Shown here: in pieces, positions 48,615 through 58,570 of the stretch | Numbering within the stretch: the first letter of the stretch is position 1 | How the letters are laid out: each line of letters starts with the position of its first letter | Assembly (NCBI GenBank): GCA_963838925.1 | Contig: CAWISW010000002.1 | Span: 448,001 to 512,000, forward strand | Source of the DNA: an uncultured Nitrososphaerota archaeon | GTDB taxonomy: Archaea > Thermoproteota > Nitrososphaeria > Nitrososphaerales > Gagatemarchaeaceae | DNA: 64,000 nt | Direction of reading: 5' to 3' | The notes under the pieces: generated by a model | What the model was told of the DNA's origin: nothing | Databases searched by the model: none | Seen by the model: the letters and a program-made list of their open reading frames with translations, nothing else | Translations under genes and position numbers: made by a program

Positions 48615-48973
48615 ATCTGCATCACGTCTCCGGCTGCCACCTTCTGAAGCAGCTCGATTCCTTCTTCCACCTTCCCCACCGGGTTTAGGGGCCGCTGGCT
48701 CTTCGCGTTCGCCAGGAAGATGCAGATGGAGCCGTTCGCCGCGAGGAACGCAACGTCTCCTTTCGAGAACTCGAGCCTCTGTTTCTCCACTCCGATCTTG
48801 ATCGGGGTCAGGAGCGTGATCATGGCGCCCGGGTAGGTCATCGCCCTGGCCGAGACCGGGAAGGAGTCGAGGAGCGCGGTCACGGTCACGGGAGCCAGGT
48901 GGCGGTAGAAGCCCAGCGTGAACTCGCCCTTGCCTCTAACGGAGGCCTTGCACTCGACCTTGGAGACCGACAA
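48575..48973 (-). CDS. Cyclophilin-like fold protein (DUF369-like)
   Basis: APVTV, GDVAF..ICIF, LNPVGKV. Confidence 0.7.
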   Translation of the reverse strand: MSVSKVECKASVRGKGEFTLGFYRHLAPVTVTALLDSFPVSARAMTYPGAMITLLTPIKIGVEKQRLEFSKGDVAFLAANGSICIFLANAKSQRPLNPVGKVEEGIELLQKVAAGDVMQIYAATVKEAGAQM

Positions 48974-49166
48974 CTTTCGTTCGAGCCTTGGTGGTCGGAG
49001 GTCAGTATTTATGCCATGATTGCCATCGGGCCGCCCGGCGCGAGAGAGGCCGACCTAGTGCCGGTCCCCTCGGGGGCGATGGAAAGGGGGAGAAAACGAG
49101 GCGCTAACGAACAAGCACAACACTTATACCGCCTCCCAAAAAGGCCTCTCACCTTCTGGGTTTTTT

Positions 49167-49463
49167 TTGGTAACAATCGCAGCTTCTAAAGACAAACGAA
49201 AAGCGAAACGAGCCGCAGAAGAGGGTTTCGTAATCACAATCGGCCCAGACAAGCTCACAAGGTTCGAGAAGGCAAGAATAATCGGAGCACGCTCGCTCCA
49301 GCTCGCGATGGGCGCGCCTTCCTTCGTCCCCATCGACGAGAGCATCAGGGACTCCATCGCCCTGGCGATGATGGAGCTAGCGAGCGACGCTCTCCCCATC
49401 TCGATCAGGCGCTCCCTGCCCGACGGCCACTCTCAAGACATCCCGATCAAGTACCTCCTCTAG
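49167..49463 (+). CDS. rpo6: RNA polymerase subunit Rpo6 (RpoK)
   Basis: LTRFEKARIIGARSLQLAMGAP, LPISIRRSLPDG. Confidence 0.95.
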   Translation: MVTIAASKDKRKAKRAAEEGFVITIGPDKLTRFEKARIIGARSLQLAMGAPSFVPIDESIRDSIALAMMELASDALPISIRRSLPDGHSQDIPIKYLL

Positions 49464-49570
49464 GCCGGTGGGCCATCCGACTGCGGTCACAATAGAACCA
49501 ATAGAACCTATACCAAATGACGAATTCTTCGGTATGCATAAATAGCCTGAGCCGGGCAGAGGCGGCACCC

Positions 49571-49933
49571 ATGTCAGCCAAAGCAAGCACTAAGAGACAA
49601 CCCAGGTCCAAAGACGAGGAGAGGACAGAATCTCCTTCCGAAGAAGCCCCCGCAATGATGGGGCCATCTAACCACATCTACGTAGGAAAGAAGCCGGTGA
49701 TGAGCTACGCAATGTCGGCGCTCATCCAGCTCTCGCAGGCAGGAGAGTGCAACATCAAGGCAAGGGGCTTAGCCATCAGCCGAGCAGTCGATGTGGCCGA
49801 GATCGTCACTAGGAGACTAGGGAACGGCACGTTCACCGTCAAGAACGTGAACATCAGCACAGAGCAAGTGAAGAGCACCGAGACCGGCGAGATGCGAAAC
49901 GTCTCGTCGATCGAGATCCTAGTAGGAAAGTAG
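49571..49933 (+). CDS. albA: Chromatin protein Alba
   Basis: IYVGKKPVMSY, IKARGLAISRAVDVAE, NVSSIEI. Confidence 0.93.
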   Translation: MSAKASTKRQPRSKDEERTESPSEEAPAMMGPSNHIYVGKKPVMSYAMSALIQLSQAGECNIKARGLAISRAVDVAEIVTRRLGNGTFTVKNVNISTEQVKSTETGEMRNVSSIEILVGK

Positions 49934-50110
49934 GACTCCTTTCGGACTCGACATCTCTGGCAACCCAAGCGACAATCACATCTGGCAAGGATAGCCGCAA
50001 CGCCTAGCGGAGCATGTGCCTTGAGATTCGGCGCTCGGGCCTGGCTCTTGCCCGCATGGGCTTCGTAGCTCCGTCGTCGCTAAATCCATCCGAGAGCTGA
50101 CTGTGACGGC

Positions 50111-50804
50111 ATGCTGAAGGGAAAGACCTTCGTCTTGGTACCCGGCGCGTGGCTAGGGGGCGTGGGCTTGGCGGCGGGTAGTCCCGCTCCTCGAGCGCGG
50201 AGGGTCCGCGGTGTACCCCCTGACGCTCACCGGAATGGGCGACAGGGTCCATCTGGCGACGCCACAGGTGGGCATCGAAACGGCGATGCAGGACGTAATG
50301 AACGCCATCGTCTACGAGGGGCTCGAGGACGTGGTCCTCGTGGGGCACAGCTTCGCGAGCAAAGTCGTCGCCGGCGTAGCTGACAGGATGCCAGAGCGAA
50401 TAGGGACGCCGCTCTTTCTGGACGCCTTCAGGCCCGCTCGTGTGCTCACGGCACAGGGGGACTTCAGCGCAGAGAGTTGGCCTCTGCTCCCAGACGGGTG
50501 GATAATTCCACTCACCGAAGACCTTCTTGGAAACTTCGGGAGAGATGTCCAAGGCGCGGATCGAGAATAGATGCTATCGAAAATCACGCCCTGGCTCATG
50601 AGATACGCGGGAAACACGGTGACGCTCTCAGAGAAATGGGATTCAGTGAGGAAGGCATACATCTTCTGCACCGCCAGCGGTGACGATGTGGAGAAGATCC
50701 TGAAGGAAAAACTGGACGGCGAGCACAGGGTCCTCGAGTCGGGCCACTGGCCGATGATCACTAGGCCAGATGAGCTGACGCAGACGATGCTGGAGCTCGC
50801 GTGA
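50111..50804 (+). pseudogene. Alpha/beta hydrolase (esterase) pseudogene
   Basis: FVLVPGAWLG, frameshift at G5 50156-50160, LVGHSF, in-frame TAG 50568-50570, SGHWPM. Confidence 0.8.
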
Positions 50805-50998
50805 CGCGCTTCTCTCTCCGACCGCGCAACAACCGAACTTCAAAGAAGACATTTCGCGCGAAAAGATTTTGCGAATCGCACGCGGCAGTTTTTTCTTTCT
50901 AGATTCACAATTCTTTTTCCGGAAAAAAATTCGACCGGGAATTTTTTTTGGGAATATGTTTTTAAGTTAATTGTTGGAGGGATTGTGCAACAAGAAAA

Positions 50999-52339
50999 TT
51001 GCCTGAAAATCGGGCGCAACCGGTGCCGCGACTGCGGAATGCGGCGCCCAAATTCTCTGACCAAGAATTATTTCATCTGGCTGAGAAGTTTGGAACACCA
51101 TACTTCCTCATAGACGAGACGGCACTACGAAAGTCTGTCAACGAGCTGGAGCAAGCGTATCAAAAGTTCAAGGGCCCCTTCCGCGTCGCCTACTCGATAA
51201 AGGCGAACTACAACCCGGGCGTCATCAGGACTTTCGTCTCTGAGGGAATAATGTTCGACCTCACCGCGAGTAACGAGATCTACTTCCTGCTAAAGTGCGG
51301 AGGATCACCAGAGAACGTGATCTACACGAGCATAACGGAGACGAAGGACGAATACGAGCAGGTGATGAAGCTCGGAGTGCGCAAGATCGTCGTCTCAAGC
51401 TACAACGGGCTGGTCAACCTGATCGAGGCGAAGACAAGGGTCGAAGGCGACGTTGAAGTCCTCATCAGGGTCAACCCCGAGGTCTCCGTAAAGGCCGAGC
51501 TGAGGTTCTCGATAAAGCACGGCAAGTTCGGCGTGCCGCTCGACTCTGCGAACGAGGACAGCGCCATCTCCCTCCTCAAGAAGGTCCTTGACACGCCGGG
51601 AATGAGCTTCGAGGGGTTCCACTTCCACCTAGGAAGCCAGATCGAGGACCCTTCGTGCTTCGCGGTCGCCCTCGAGAAGCTCGAGAGCTTCATACTCGGC
51701 GCAAGGCGAGAGCTGGGCGACTTTCCGGTGCGGACGTTAGACATCGGAGGAGGCCTTCCGGCGCCTTATGGGAAGGTCGTGCCGAGCGCCTCCGACTTTT
51801 CGGCCCAGATCTTGGAGAGGCTCAACAGCGTGATCGAGAGCCTAGGCAAGAAGTTCACGCTCATCGTCGAGAGCGGCAGGTTCCTCTCGGCGGAGTCGAC
51901 GATCATGGTGTCTCGCGTCGTCAACGTGAAGAAGTTCGACGAGACGAGGTACGTCTACCTGGACGCTGGCTACCACAACCTTCTGGACTCCGCGCTGCTA
52001 AAGCACGAGTACCCCGTCGAGGTCGTCCCCGGCGGGACCCCTACCCCTCGCAAGACGATCCTTTCGGGCAGGCTGTGCGACGCGTTGGACATCTTCCCGA
52101 CCTCCACAAGGTCGAAGCTCGGGGGCGCGGAGCCAGGCAAGCTCGTGGTGTTCAGAGACGTCGGGGCGTACTCGTTCGTGCTTGGCTCGCAGTTCCACTG
52201 CCAGCCGAAGCCCTACATCCTCATGCGCACCGCGCAGGGCAACCACGTCGTCGTCCGGAAGGGCCAGGACCTGTCCGAACTGTTCAGCGAGGAAGGAGGC
52301 GACCTCCCGACGACAGGCATCTCCAGCGCGCGCCGCTGA
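50999..52339 (+). CDS. lysA: Group IV PLP-dependent decarboxylase (diaminopimelate decarboxylase-like)
   Basis: YSIKAN, KFG, HFHLGSQ, DIGGG, ESGR, GRLCDALD, DVGAY; substrate not proven. Confidence 0.75.
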   Translation: MPENRAQPVPRLRNAAPKFSDQELFHLAEKFGTPYFLIDETALRKSVNELEQAYQKFKGPFRVAYSIKANYNPGVIRTFVSEGIMFDLTASNEIYFLLKCGGSPENVIYTSITETKDEYEQVMKLGVRKIVVSSYNGLVNLIEAKTRVEGDVEVLIRVNPEVSVKAELRFSIKHGKFGVPLDSANEDSAISLLKKVLDTPGMSFEGFHFHLGSQIEDPSCFAVALEKLESFILGARRELGDFPVRTLDIGGGLPAPYGKVVPSASDFSAQILERLNSVIESLGKKFTLIVESGRFLSAESTIMVSRVVNVKKFDETRYVYLDAGYHNLLDSALLKHEYPVEVVPGGTPTPRKTILSGRLCDALDIFPTSTRSKLGGAEPGKLVVFRDVGAYSFVLGSQFHCQPKPYILMRTAQGNHVVVRKGQDLSELFSEEGGDLPTTGISSARR

Positions 52340-52374
52340 CACGGCATCTTCCGCCAGCCTGCTCGGGTCACTGG

Positions 52375-53619
52375 CTAGCTTGAAGAAAGGACCTTCTTCA
52401 GGACCGACCTGCCGCTCAGAGTCCCCAACGACCCTCTCTTCGCGTCCTTCTCGGTGAACCTGCATGACCTCTTGTCCCCCTCGGCCTTCTTCCCCGTTAT
52501 CAGCAACGGCACCGGGTCAGCCGAGTGCATCTTGAGGATGCAAGGCGTGGCGTGGTCGCAGGAGACGGCCAGCGTCGCGGCGTCAGAGAGCGTCTCGCTG
52601 ACCGGGGCAAAGAACTCAGAGTCGATGGTCTCTATGTTCGCCCTCTTCCCCGTCGCGTCGCCGTCGTGCCCGAACTCGTCGGGCCCCTTGATGTGCGCGT
52701 AGACCACCGTGCCTGCCTTCATCTCGCGCTCGAACAGCCTGGCCTTCCCCGAGAGGTCGGCGGGGTCGTCCACCTTCACCATCTTCATCTTCAGCAGTAT
52801 CGCGATCCCAACCTCCGCGGGCATCTCGACGAGAGCGACCCCCTTGTATTGGTGCTTCTCCTCAAAGGTCGGTAGCTTGGGTATGAACGAGCCAGAGTCC
52901 CTGAAAAGTAGCATGTTCGCCGCCTTCTTCCCCGCCCTCTTCCTCTCCCGGTTCACCTTCGCCTCGTCGAGCACCTTCATCGCCTGGGTCGCGAACGAGT
53001 TGACCAGCTCGGCAGCCCGCTTGGAGGCGGCGGTGCTCTCGAGGGGCTTGCACGTCTGTATCGCCTCGACCTCCTTCGCTTGCGTCGCCGCACCGAACCC
53101 CTTCATGCGCACGTATCCGGGGTCGGTGTTGGAGATCTCGGCGGAGAGCGGCTTGTGCGCCCTTATGACGAGAACCGCCCTGTGTCCGATCGTGCTCCTG
53201 AAATCGAACTCCGCGTCCGCGAGCTTCACCTTCTTCAGCTCCTCCTGGAGCGTCTTGGCGTCGTCGGCGGTCATGTCCCTGCCGGCGCGCCTGTCGATGA
53301 TCTTCCCGTCCGCCCTCGTGGCGAAGTTCGCCCTTATCGCAAGGTCACCGTCTTTGACGTCTATCCCTGCGCCTATCGACTCGACCACCCCGCGCCCCGG
53401 ATAGCCCTTCTCGAAAGAATAGCCCAGCATGTTGAAGACGGCGATGTCGGACTCCGGCGATATGCCTCTCCCCACGGTGATCACCCTCCCCATCTTCGCC
53501 TTTCGCGCGATCCTGTCGAGGTTGGGAGTGCTCGCCACCTCGAGAGGGGTCGAGTAGTTCATGGACGGGACTGGCCTGTCGCTGCAGCCGTCGAGGAGTA
53601 TGTAGCCGACCTTCTTCAC
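52375..53619 (-). CDS. apgM: 2,3-bisphosphoglycerate-independent phosphoglycerate mutase (archaeal)
   Basis: LLDGCSDRP, TPNLD, PESD, YPGRG, KGPDEFGHDG, CDHATP, HSADPVP. Confidence 0.92.
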   Translation of the reverse strand: MKKVGYILLDGCSDRPVPSMNYSTPLEVASTPNLDRIARKAKMGRVITVGRGISPESDIAVFNMLGYSFEKGYPGRGVVESIGAGIDVKDGDLAIRANFATRADGKIIDRRAGRDMTADDAKTLQEELKKVKLADAEFDFRSTIGHRAVLVIRAHKPLSAEISNTDPGYVRMKGFGAATQAKEVEAIQTCKPLESTAASKRAAELVNSFATQAMKVLDEAKVNRERKRAGKKAANMLLFRDSGSFIPKLPTFEEKHQYKGVALVEMPAEVGIAILLKMKMVKVDDPADLSGKARLFEREMKAGTVVYAHIKGPDEFGHDGDATGKRANIETIDSEFFAPVSETLSDAATLAVSCDHATPCILKMHSADPVPLLITGKKAEGDKRSCRFTEKDAKRGSLGTLSGRSVLKKVLSSS

Positions 53620-53877
53620 TTGAAGTGCGCACCCTTCGGGTTTCTTCCGGTCAAAGAACTTCGCTTGCCTTTCGCGGCGCATTTATCCCGGATATAACCT
53701 TGCGTCGCTGTCGCTGGTTTTCAAGCTGCGCGACACTGCCCTGATGCTCTCGAACGGACTGATAAGCGGGCGCTAGTCCTCTGATCGCCCGTCAAGAGGC
53801 TTTGACGCCAAAACGGAATCTCGGGATTTCTAGTGCGGAGAAGTAATATATCGTTTCGAACTAGACACGTGGCATAT

Positions 53878-54915
53878 ATGGTGGAGATCAGGAAAGACTA
53901 CTTTACAGACAAGATTTCAATCGTGACGTCCGACAGAGGTCCTCGCTCGCAGTTCAAGTCCTCCTCCGACCATGGCGCCAAGTGCCCCTTCTGCCCCGGC
54001 AACGAGGAGATGACCCCCCAGGCAGACCTCGTGGTCGTGAAGATGGGGGACACGCTCGTGAAGCAGACCGACTCCGAGGGCGACCCCGTCCGAGGGTGGA
54101 TCGTCCGCGTCTTCCCCGACAAGTTCCCGATAGTCACCCCCAACTCCGCCCCCTCGTACGGGGAGGCGCCCCACTACAGCGAGCCGGCGGTCGGCTACCA
54201 CTACATCCTGGTCGCTACGCCCAAGCACGACCTCACCTTCCCGAAGCTGGACATCGACCAGTGGACGAACGTCCTCGCCACCCTCCAGGACAAGACCCGT
54301 TGGCTGTACGCCCAGCGAGGCGTGGGCTACGTGGCCATCTTCATCAACCAGGGCAAGGTGGCCGGCGCGCTCATCGACCACCCCCACATCCAGCTGGTCA
54401 CGATACCCAGGCTCCCGCCGGTCGTTGAGTCCGAGGCGGTGACGGTCCAGGGCTCGCTCAACGAGCTGGGCATATGCCCCATGTGCCAGGTCGTGGCCTC
54501 CGAGACGGGAGGGCCGAGGCAGATCCTCTCGACGGAGTACTTCATCGCGTTCGCCCCCTGGGCGTCCGCCCACTCCCACGAGTTCTGGATTTACCCGAAG
54601 CGCCACCAGACGAGCATGCTGAAGCTCTCGCAGAAGGAGCTGATGGACCTCGCGCTGATCCTCCGCGCCACCTTGGGCGGCATGTCGAAGGTCCTCGGGG
54701 ACTGCGCCTTCAACCTGGTCGTCCACAACTCGTCGGAGAAGAAGACGACGAAGCAGATTCACTGGCACCTGGAGGTGTACCCGCGGGTCTCAAACTGGTC
54801 CGGCCTCGAGCTCGGGTCTGGCGTCTTCGTCAGCGAGGTGTCGCCGGAGGCCGCCGCGGAGCAGCTGGGCGCCGCGAGCAGGCGCGAGCTTGCCCACCTC
54901 GTGGGCATCACCTAG
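53878..54915 (+). CDS. galT: Galactose-1-phosphate uridylyltransferase family (HIT-like)
   Basis: CPFCPGNE, HPHIQ, CPMC, HWHLEVYPR, GLELGSG. Confidence 0.85.
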   Translation: MVEIRKDYFTDKISIVTSDRGPRSQFKSSSDHGAKCPFCPGNEEMTPQADLVVVKMGDTLVKQTDSEGDPVRGWIVRVFPDKFPIVTPNSAPSYGEAPHYSEPAVGYHYILVATPKHDLTFPKLDIDQWTNVLATLQDKTRWLYAQRGVGYVAIFINQGKVAGALIDHPHIQLVTIPRLPPVVESEAVTVQGSLNELGICPMCQVVASETGGPRQILSTEYFIAFAPWASAHSHEFWIYPKRHQTSMLKLSQKELMDLALILRATLGGMSKVLGDCAFNLVVHNSSEKKTTKQIHWHLEVYPRVSNWSGLELGSGVFVSEVSPEAAAEQLGAASRRELAHLVGIT

Positions 54916-54924
54916 GCGGACGCC

Positions 54925-55973
54925 CTACGGGCCGGCTACCGTGGCCTTCAGCCTCTCGATCAGCTTGATGCTCGAAGGGTCGACGCCGCGGATTATCGCG
55001 GCATAATACGTCGCGAAGTCGACCTGGTAGTCGAGGGTGACCAGCTGCGCGAGGTTGCCCTTCCCCTTCCCCCATATCTCGAGGCTCCTTATCCCCTTCA
55101 TCCCGAGTATGTCGATGAACGAGTCGAGCCTCACCCTCTCATACTTCGGTTCGGCTGTGTGGCGGAGGATTATCGGCACCATCTTCTTCTCGGGAGTCTC
55201 CCACGACTCGACCTCGTTGTGGAAGAGCTCGGCCCGGAGTCCCAGGCGGCGTTCATCTTCGCGTTCTCGTTGAGGCACGTCTTGAAGCGCTCCGCCACGG
55301 CCTTGGTCACCGACGACCCGTAGATCTTGGGGAGGACGCCTGACGGCGCCACGAGCTGCGCAAGCTGCTTCGCAGGGTTCTGGGACGTGGGGGAGCTCGC
55401 GGCGTACGAGGGGGCGACCTTCTTCATGCAGTCGATGGCCTCCTTGACCTCTCGCCACTTCTTCTCACCCACCAGCCCCGCGCTCTTCAGCGCGGCGATT
55501 GCGGCGAAGAGCACGTGCGGCAGCGAGTATCTGGGCGCCATCTCGATGGGTATCGTGACGTGGGGCACCTTGAGCTCCATCGCGAGCTGCTGCAGCTTCC
55601 CTCCTGAAGAGATCGCCACCATCGTCGCCTTCTTGGCGGCGAGCCTCCTCATGAGGAGTATTGTCTCCTCTGTGCTGCCAGAGGTGCTGCAGACGAGGAC
55701 GAACGCCCTTGAGAGGTTCACCTTGGGAAGGTATCCCTTGAAGACGCTCACCTCGACCCCTCCCGAGGCCAGGAACCAGTCTGCGATTATGTCCCCCGCG
55801 GAGGCGGAGCCTCCGTTGGCCACGTAGATCACGCGGTCGAAGTGGCGCGACCCGACGTCGACCGAGAGCGAGGACTCCTGCTCCGCAAAGCGGGGCCAGG
55901 CCTCGAACACTCGGTAGATGTTCCTCGGGTCAGCGCGAGCGATTGCTTGCGGAGAGAGTGGGTCCTGTGGCAT
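54925..55973 (-). pseudogene. Bifunctional phosphoglucose/phosphomannose isomerase, frameshifted near 55231-55235
   Basis: GGSASAGD, STSGSTEET, ISSGGKL, RFKTCLNENAK, then ELFHNEVESW...GVDP..I..LK in the adjacent frame. Confidence 0.8.
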
Positions 55974-56080
55974 CGTGTAATGGCACTTGTGATTTCCTGG
56001 ATTTGCGCGCTATTGGCCTTTATCACGCGTTTTAAACGCAGCGCCGGCGTCGTCGCGCAGGTCGTGCGAGAGGAAGCGCG

Positions 56081-56818
56081 TCAGGGTATCTTCCCGTAGC
56101 GCTCGGTGTACGCCTTGTCGGCCTCTCTGTGCGCCTGAACGTCCCCGATGTCGGTGAACTCGCCCTTCACCTTCAGCCCGAATATGGCCCTGTCGTCCTT
56201 CGTGGCGCTCTTGAAGGCCTCCTTCATCCCGTAGACCTGGCCGCGAGGGATGTAGCTCAGGAACTTCTTGTCGACGACGTAGCACCCGACGTTGATGTCG
56301 TTGGTGATGACGGGCTTCTCCTTCCATTTCGAGATTCGCCCTTCGGGCAGGGTCGATATCACCCCGTACTTCATCCTGGTCTCGTGCCTCATCAGGGCCA
56401 TCGTGACGAAGGCGCTCTTCTTCCTGTGGAACGCCAGGAGCTTCCTCAGGTCAAAGCCGAGAATCGCGTCGCCGTAGAGGCAGATGAACGTCTCCGGGAG
56501 CAGCTTCTCCGCGGACTTTAGCTGGCCGGCGTGCCCCATCGGCCTGTCCGACCGGGCGTACTCGATGCTCACCCCAAAGTCAGCGCCGTCCCCGAAGTAC
56601 TGCTCTATCATCCTGCCGAGGTACCCTGTCGCGACGACGACGTCTGTGACGTCGTTCGCCTTGAGCCAGTCTATGATGTGCTCCAGTATCGGCTTGGGCC
56701 CGACCGGCAGCATGGGCTTGGGCAAGAAGAGCGTGTAAGGCCTGAGCCGGGTGCCGAGCCCGCCCGCTAGGACGACCGCCTTGATGGGGGCCTTACGCTT
56801 GCGGCTGCTGTCTGACAG
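56081..56818 (-). CDS. Sugar-1-phosphate nucleotidyltransferase (mannose-1-phosphate guanylyltransferase-like); probable CTG start
   Basis: AVVLAGGLGTRLRPYT lies upstream of the track start, then PKPML, YGV, EKP, DIG. Confidence 0.85.
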   Translation of the reverse strand: MSDSSRKRKAPIKAVVLAGGLGTRLRPYTLFLPKPMLPVGPKPILEHIIDWLKANDVTDVVVATGYLGRMIEQYFGDGADFGVSIEYARSDRPMGHAGQLKSAEKLLPETFICLYGDAILGFDLRKLLAFHRKKSAFVTMALMRHETRMKYGVISTLPEGRISKWKEKPVITNDINVGCYVVDKKFLSYIPRGQVYGMKEAFKSATKDDRAIFGLKVKGEFTDIGDVQAHREADKAYTERYGKIP

Positions 56819-57527
56819 GGGGAATCACTTGAGACCTGTAGGTCGATATAGCGTCCCTATATGCTTCAACCCCGGGCTCGAGAGCCGCCGCGTCGATGCT
56901 GATCCCGCGCAGGCCCGACCTCATGACGCTGCGGACGTCCTTGACGCCCATCTTCTTCTGGGTCCTCATCAGCAGGGGCTTCGAGGACAGGCTCGCGAGG
57001 ACGCCGAGGGTGGCGAGGTCGAGGGCGCTGAAGATGTGGTTCTTCCCCTGAGGCGCGACTATCGCCGCTTCGAGGGCTGTGACCCCGTCGATCTCGGAGA
57101 TGCCCTTCACCTGCTCGAGCATGTAACCTGGCCCTATCGACACGAGCTTCTCGACCCGGCTGTCCTCCAGGACGAAGGGGGGCATGTGGTGAGCGTACAT
57201 GTTCACAAAGCTGAACGGCTTGGAGACGATCCTCTCCCAGTTCTCCTCTATCAGCGGCCTCGAGTCCCCGATGGATATCCCGACGGGGACGCTGGTCGTG
57301 CTGAGGATGGAGTCTATCGAGTCCTCCATCAGGTCGAAGCTCCCGAAGAGGCCCGGCAGCGAAGTGTCCGTCTTGTCTATGCCTATCGTTATCGCGTCCG
57401 CCCCCGCTTGGGCTGCTATGGAGGCGTACTCGGTGTTGTTCTGCGGCAGGTTGGCGATAAGCGCCACAGCACCCGCTCCGGAAACCAGGCTAGCAAGTGG
57501 TCTCGGCTGATGCTCGAGGCTTTCCAT
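56793..57527 (-). CDS. Hypothetical protein, possible TIM-barrel
   Basis: LIANLPQN..AAQAGADAITI alternating beta/alpha pattern; host-like codon usage. Confidence 0.6.
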   Translation of the reverse strand: MESLEHQPRPLASLVSGAGAVALIANLPQNNTEYASIAAQAGADAITIGIDKTDTSLPGLFGSFDLMEDSIDSILSTTSVPVGISIGDSRPLIEENWERIVSKPFSFVNMYAHHMPPFVLEDSRVEKLVSIGPGYMLEQVKGISEIDGVTALEAAIVAPQGKNHIFSALDLATLGVLASLSSKPLLMRTQKKMGVKDVRSVMRSGLRGISIDAAALEPGVEAYRDAISTYRSQVIPPVRQQPQA

Positions 57528-57636
57528 TGCGTCTTGAGGCTATCAAGAGCGCCGGGACCTTAGAAGAGGCGGGCTCAACAATTGTTGATGCAGCGATGCG
57601 ACGCTTCTTTACAAAAGAGAGTGGGGACGAAGGCCT

Positions 57637-58533
57637 TCAGAAGAGCCAGATGTTGATGACGATGACTATGAAGATGACCGTGAGGTAGGGGCTGGAGAGC
57701 TTGAAGAGGGTCCAGGCGGTCTTCGTCGTCCTGTCTATCGCGAGCTTGATGCTGTAGCCGAGGATCACTGCCCCCAGCGCCGCCGCAGAGACGATGTAGA
57801 ACGGGCTGGCTGCGTCGGGTACGAAGAGGATCGCCAGGGAGAAGACGACCAGGAGCGAGCTGGTGATGGCGATGCACACTGTGGCAACCCTCTCGCTAAC
57901 GATGACCGGCAGCATGGGTATCTTGGCGGCCTTGTACTCCTCCCTCTCCTTGATCGCGAGGCTCCAGATGTGGGTCGGGATCCAGACTATCACGAGGGCA
58001 GACATGAACAGCGCCAGCGGAGTGATAGCGTCAGCTATCGCCGTGTAGCCGACGAGGACGGGCATGCCCCCGGAGATGCCTCCGAGTATTATGTTCAGCC
58101 AGCTCCTGCGCTTGAGCCACAGCGAGTAGACCCCGACGTTGTCGACGAGCCCGAAGAGCATGCAGGCGGCGGCGAGCCAGTTGAAGTAGAGGCACATGAC
58201 CACGGAAAGGACCGACGTGACCATCCCGAAGATGAGCGCGTTGCGGGGCGAGACCCTGCCGGAAGGGATCGGGCGGTTGTGCGTCCGCTTCAGCATGCTG
58301 TCGATGTCGCGGTCGTGGTAGTTCGTGAGCACCTCCGCGCCGATCGACCCGAGCAGGATGGCGACGAACCCCACCGCCAGCGACACCAGAAGCGACTCCG
58401 TCGAAGGGGCTGGGTGCACCTCCTTGTAGGCCACCAGCATCCCAGCGATGCCGGTGAAGACGAGCAGCATTATGATCTTGGGCTTGGAGAGCTCCCAGTA
58501 GAGCTTCACCAGGTCCACTACGGAGCTCATCAA
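57637..58533 (-). CDS. ctaB: Protoheme IX farnesyltransferase (heme O synthase)
   Basis: LSKPKI, NYHDRDID..RT.NRPIPSG, YSLWLKRR, WIPTHIWSLA, Y..AKIPMLP. Confidence 0.93.
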   Translation of the reverse strand: MMSSVVDLVKLYWELSKPKIIMLLVFTGIAGMLVAYKEVHPAPSTESLLVSLAVGFVAILLGSIGAEVLTNYHDRDIDSMLKRTHNRPIPSGRVSPRNALIFGMVTSVLSVVMCLYFNWLAAACMLFGLVDNVGVYSLWLKRRSWLNIILGGISGGMPVLVGYTAIADAITPLALFMSALVIVWIPTHIWSLAIKEREEYKAAKIPMLPVIVSERVATVCIAITSSLLVVFSLAILFVPDAASPFYIVSAAALGAVILGYSIKLAIDRTTKTAWTLFKLSSPYLTVIFIVIVINIWLF

Positions 58534-58570
58534 AATCGCTGCCTTCTGGGCGGCGTGATAAGTCTTCTGT

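Noticed and set aside
49135-49168. Terminator-like hairpin plus T8 before rpo6
   Set aside because: TATA at ~49123 places the transcription start inside the stem, so the hairpin would not be fully transcribed
50568-50570. Pyrrolysine or amber read-through
   Set aside because: Position fits a TGG to TAG mutation, the gene has a second lesion, and TAG is used as a normal stop throughout
53740-53810. C/D box sRNA between apgM and galT
   Set aside because: CTGA boxes occur but no canonical RTGATGA C box or C' box
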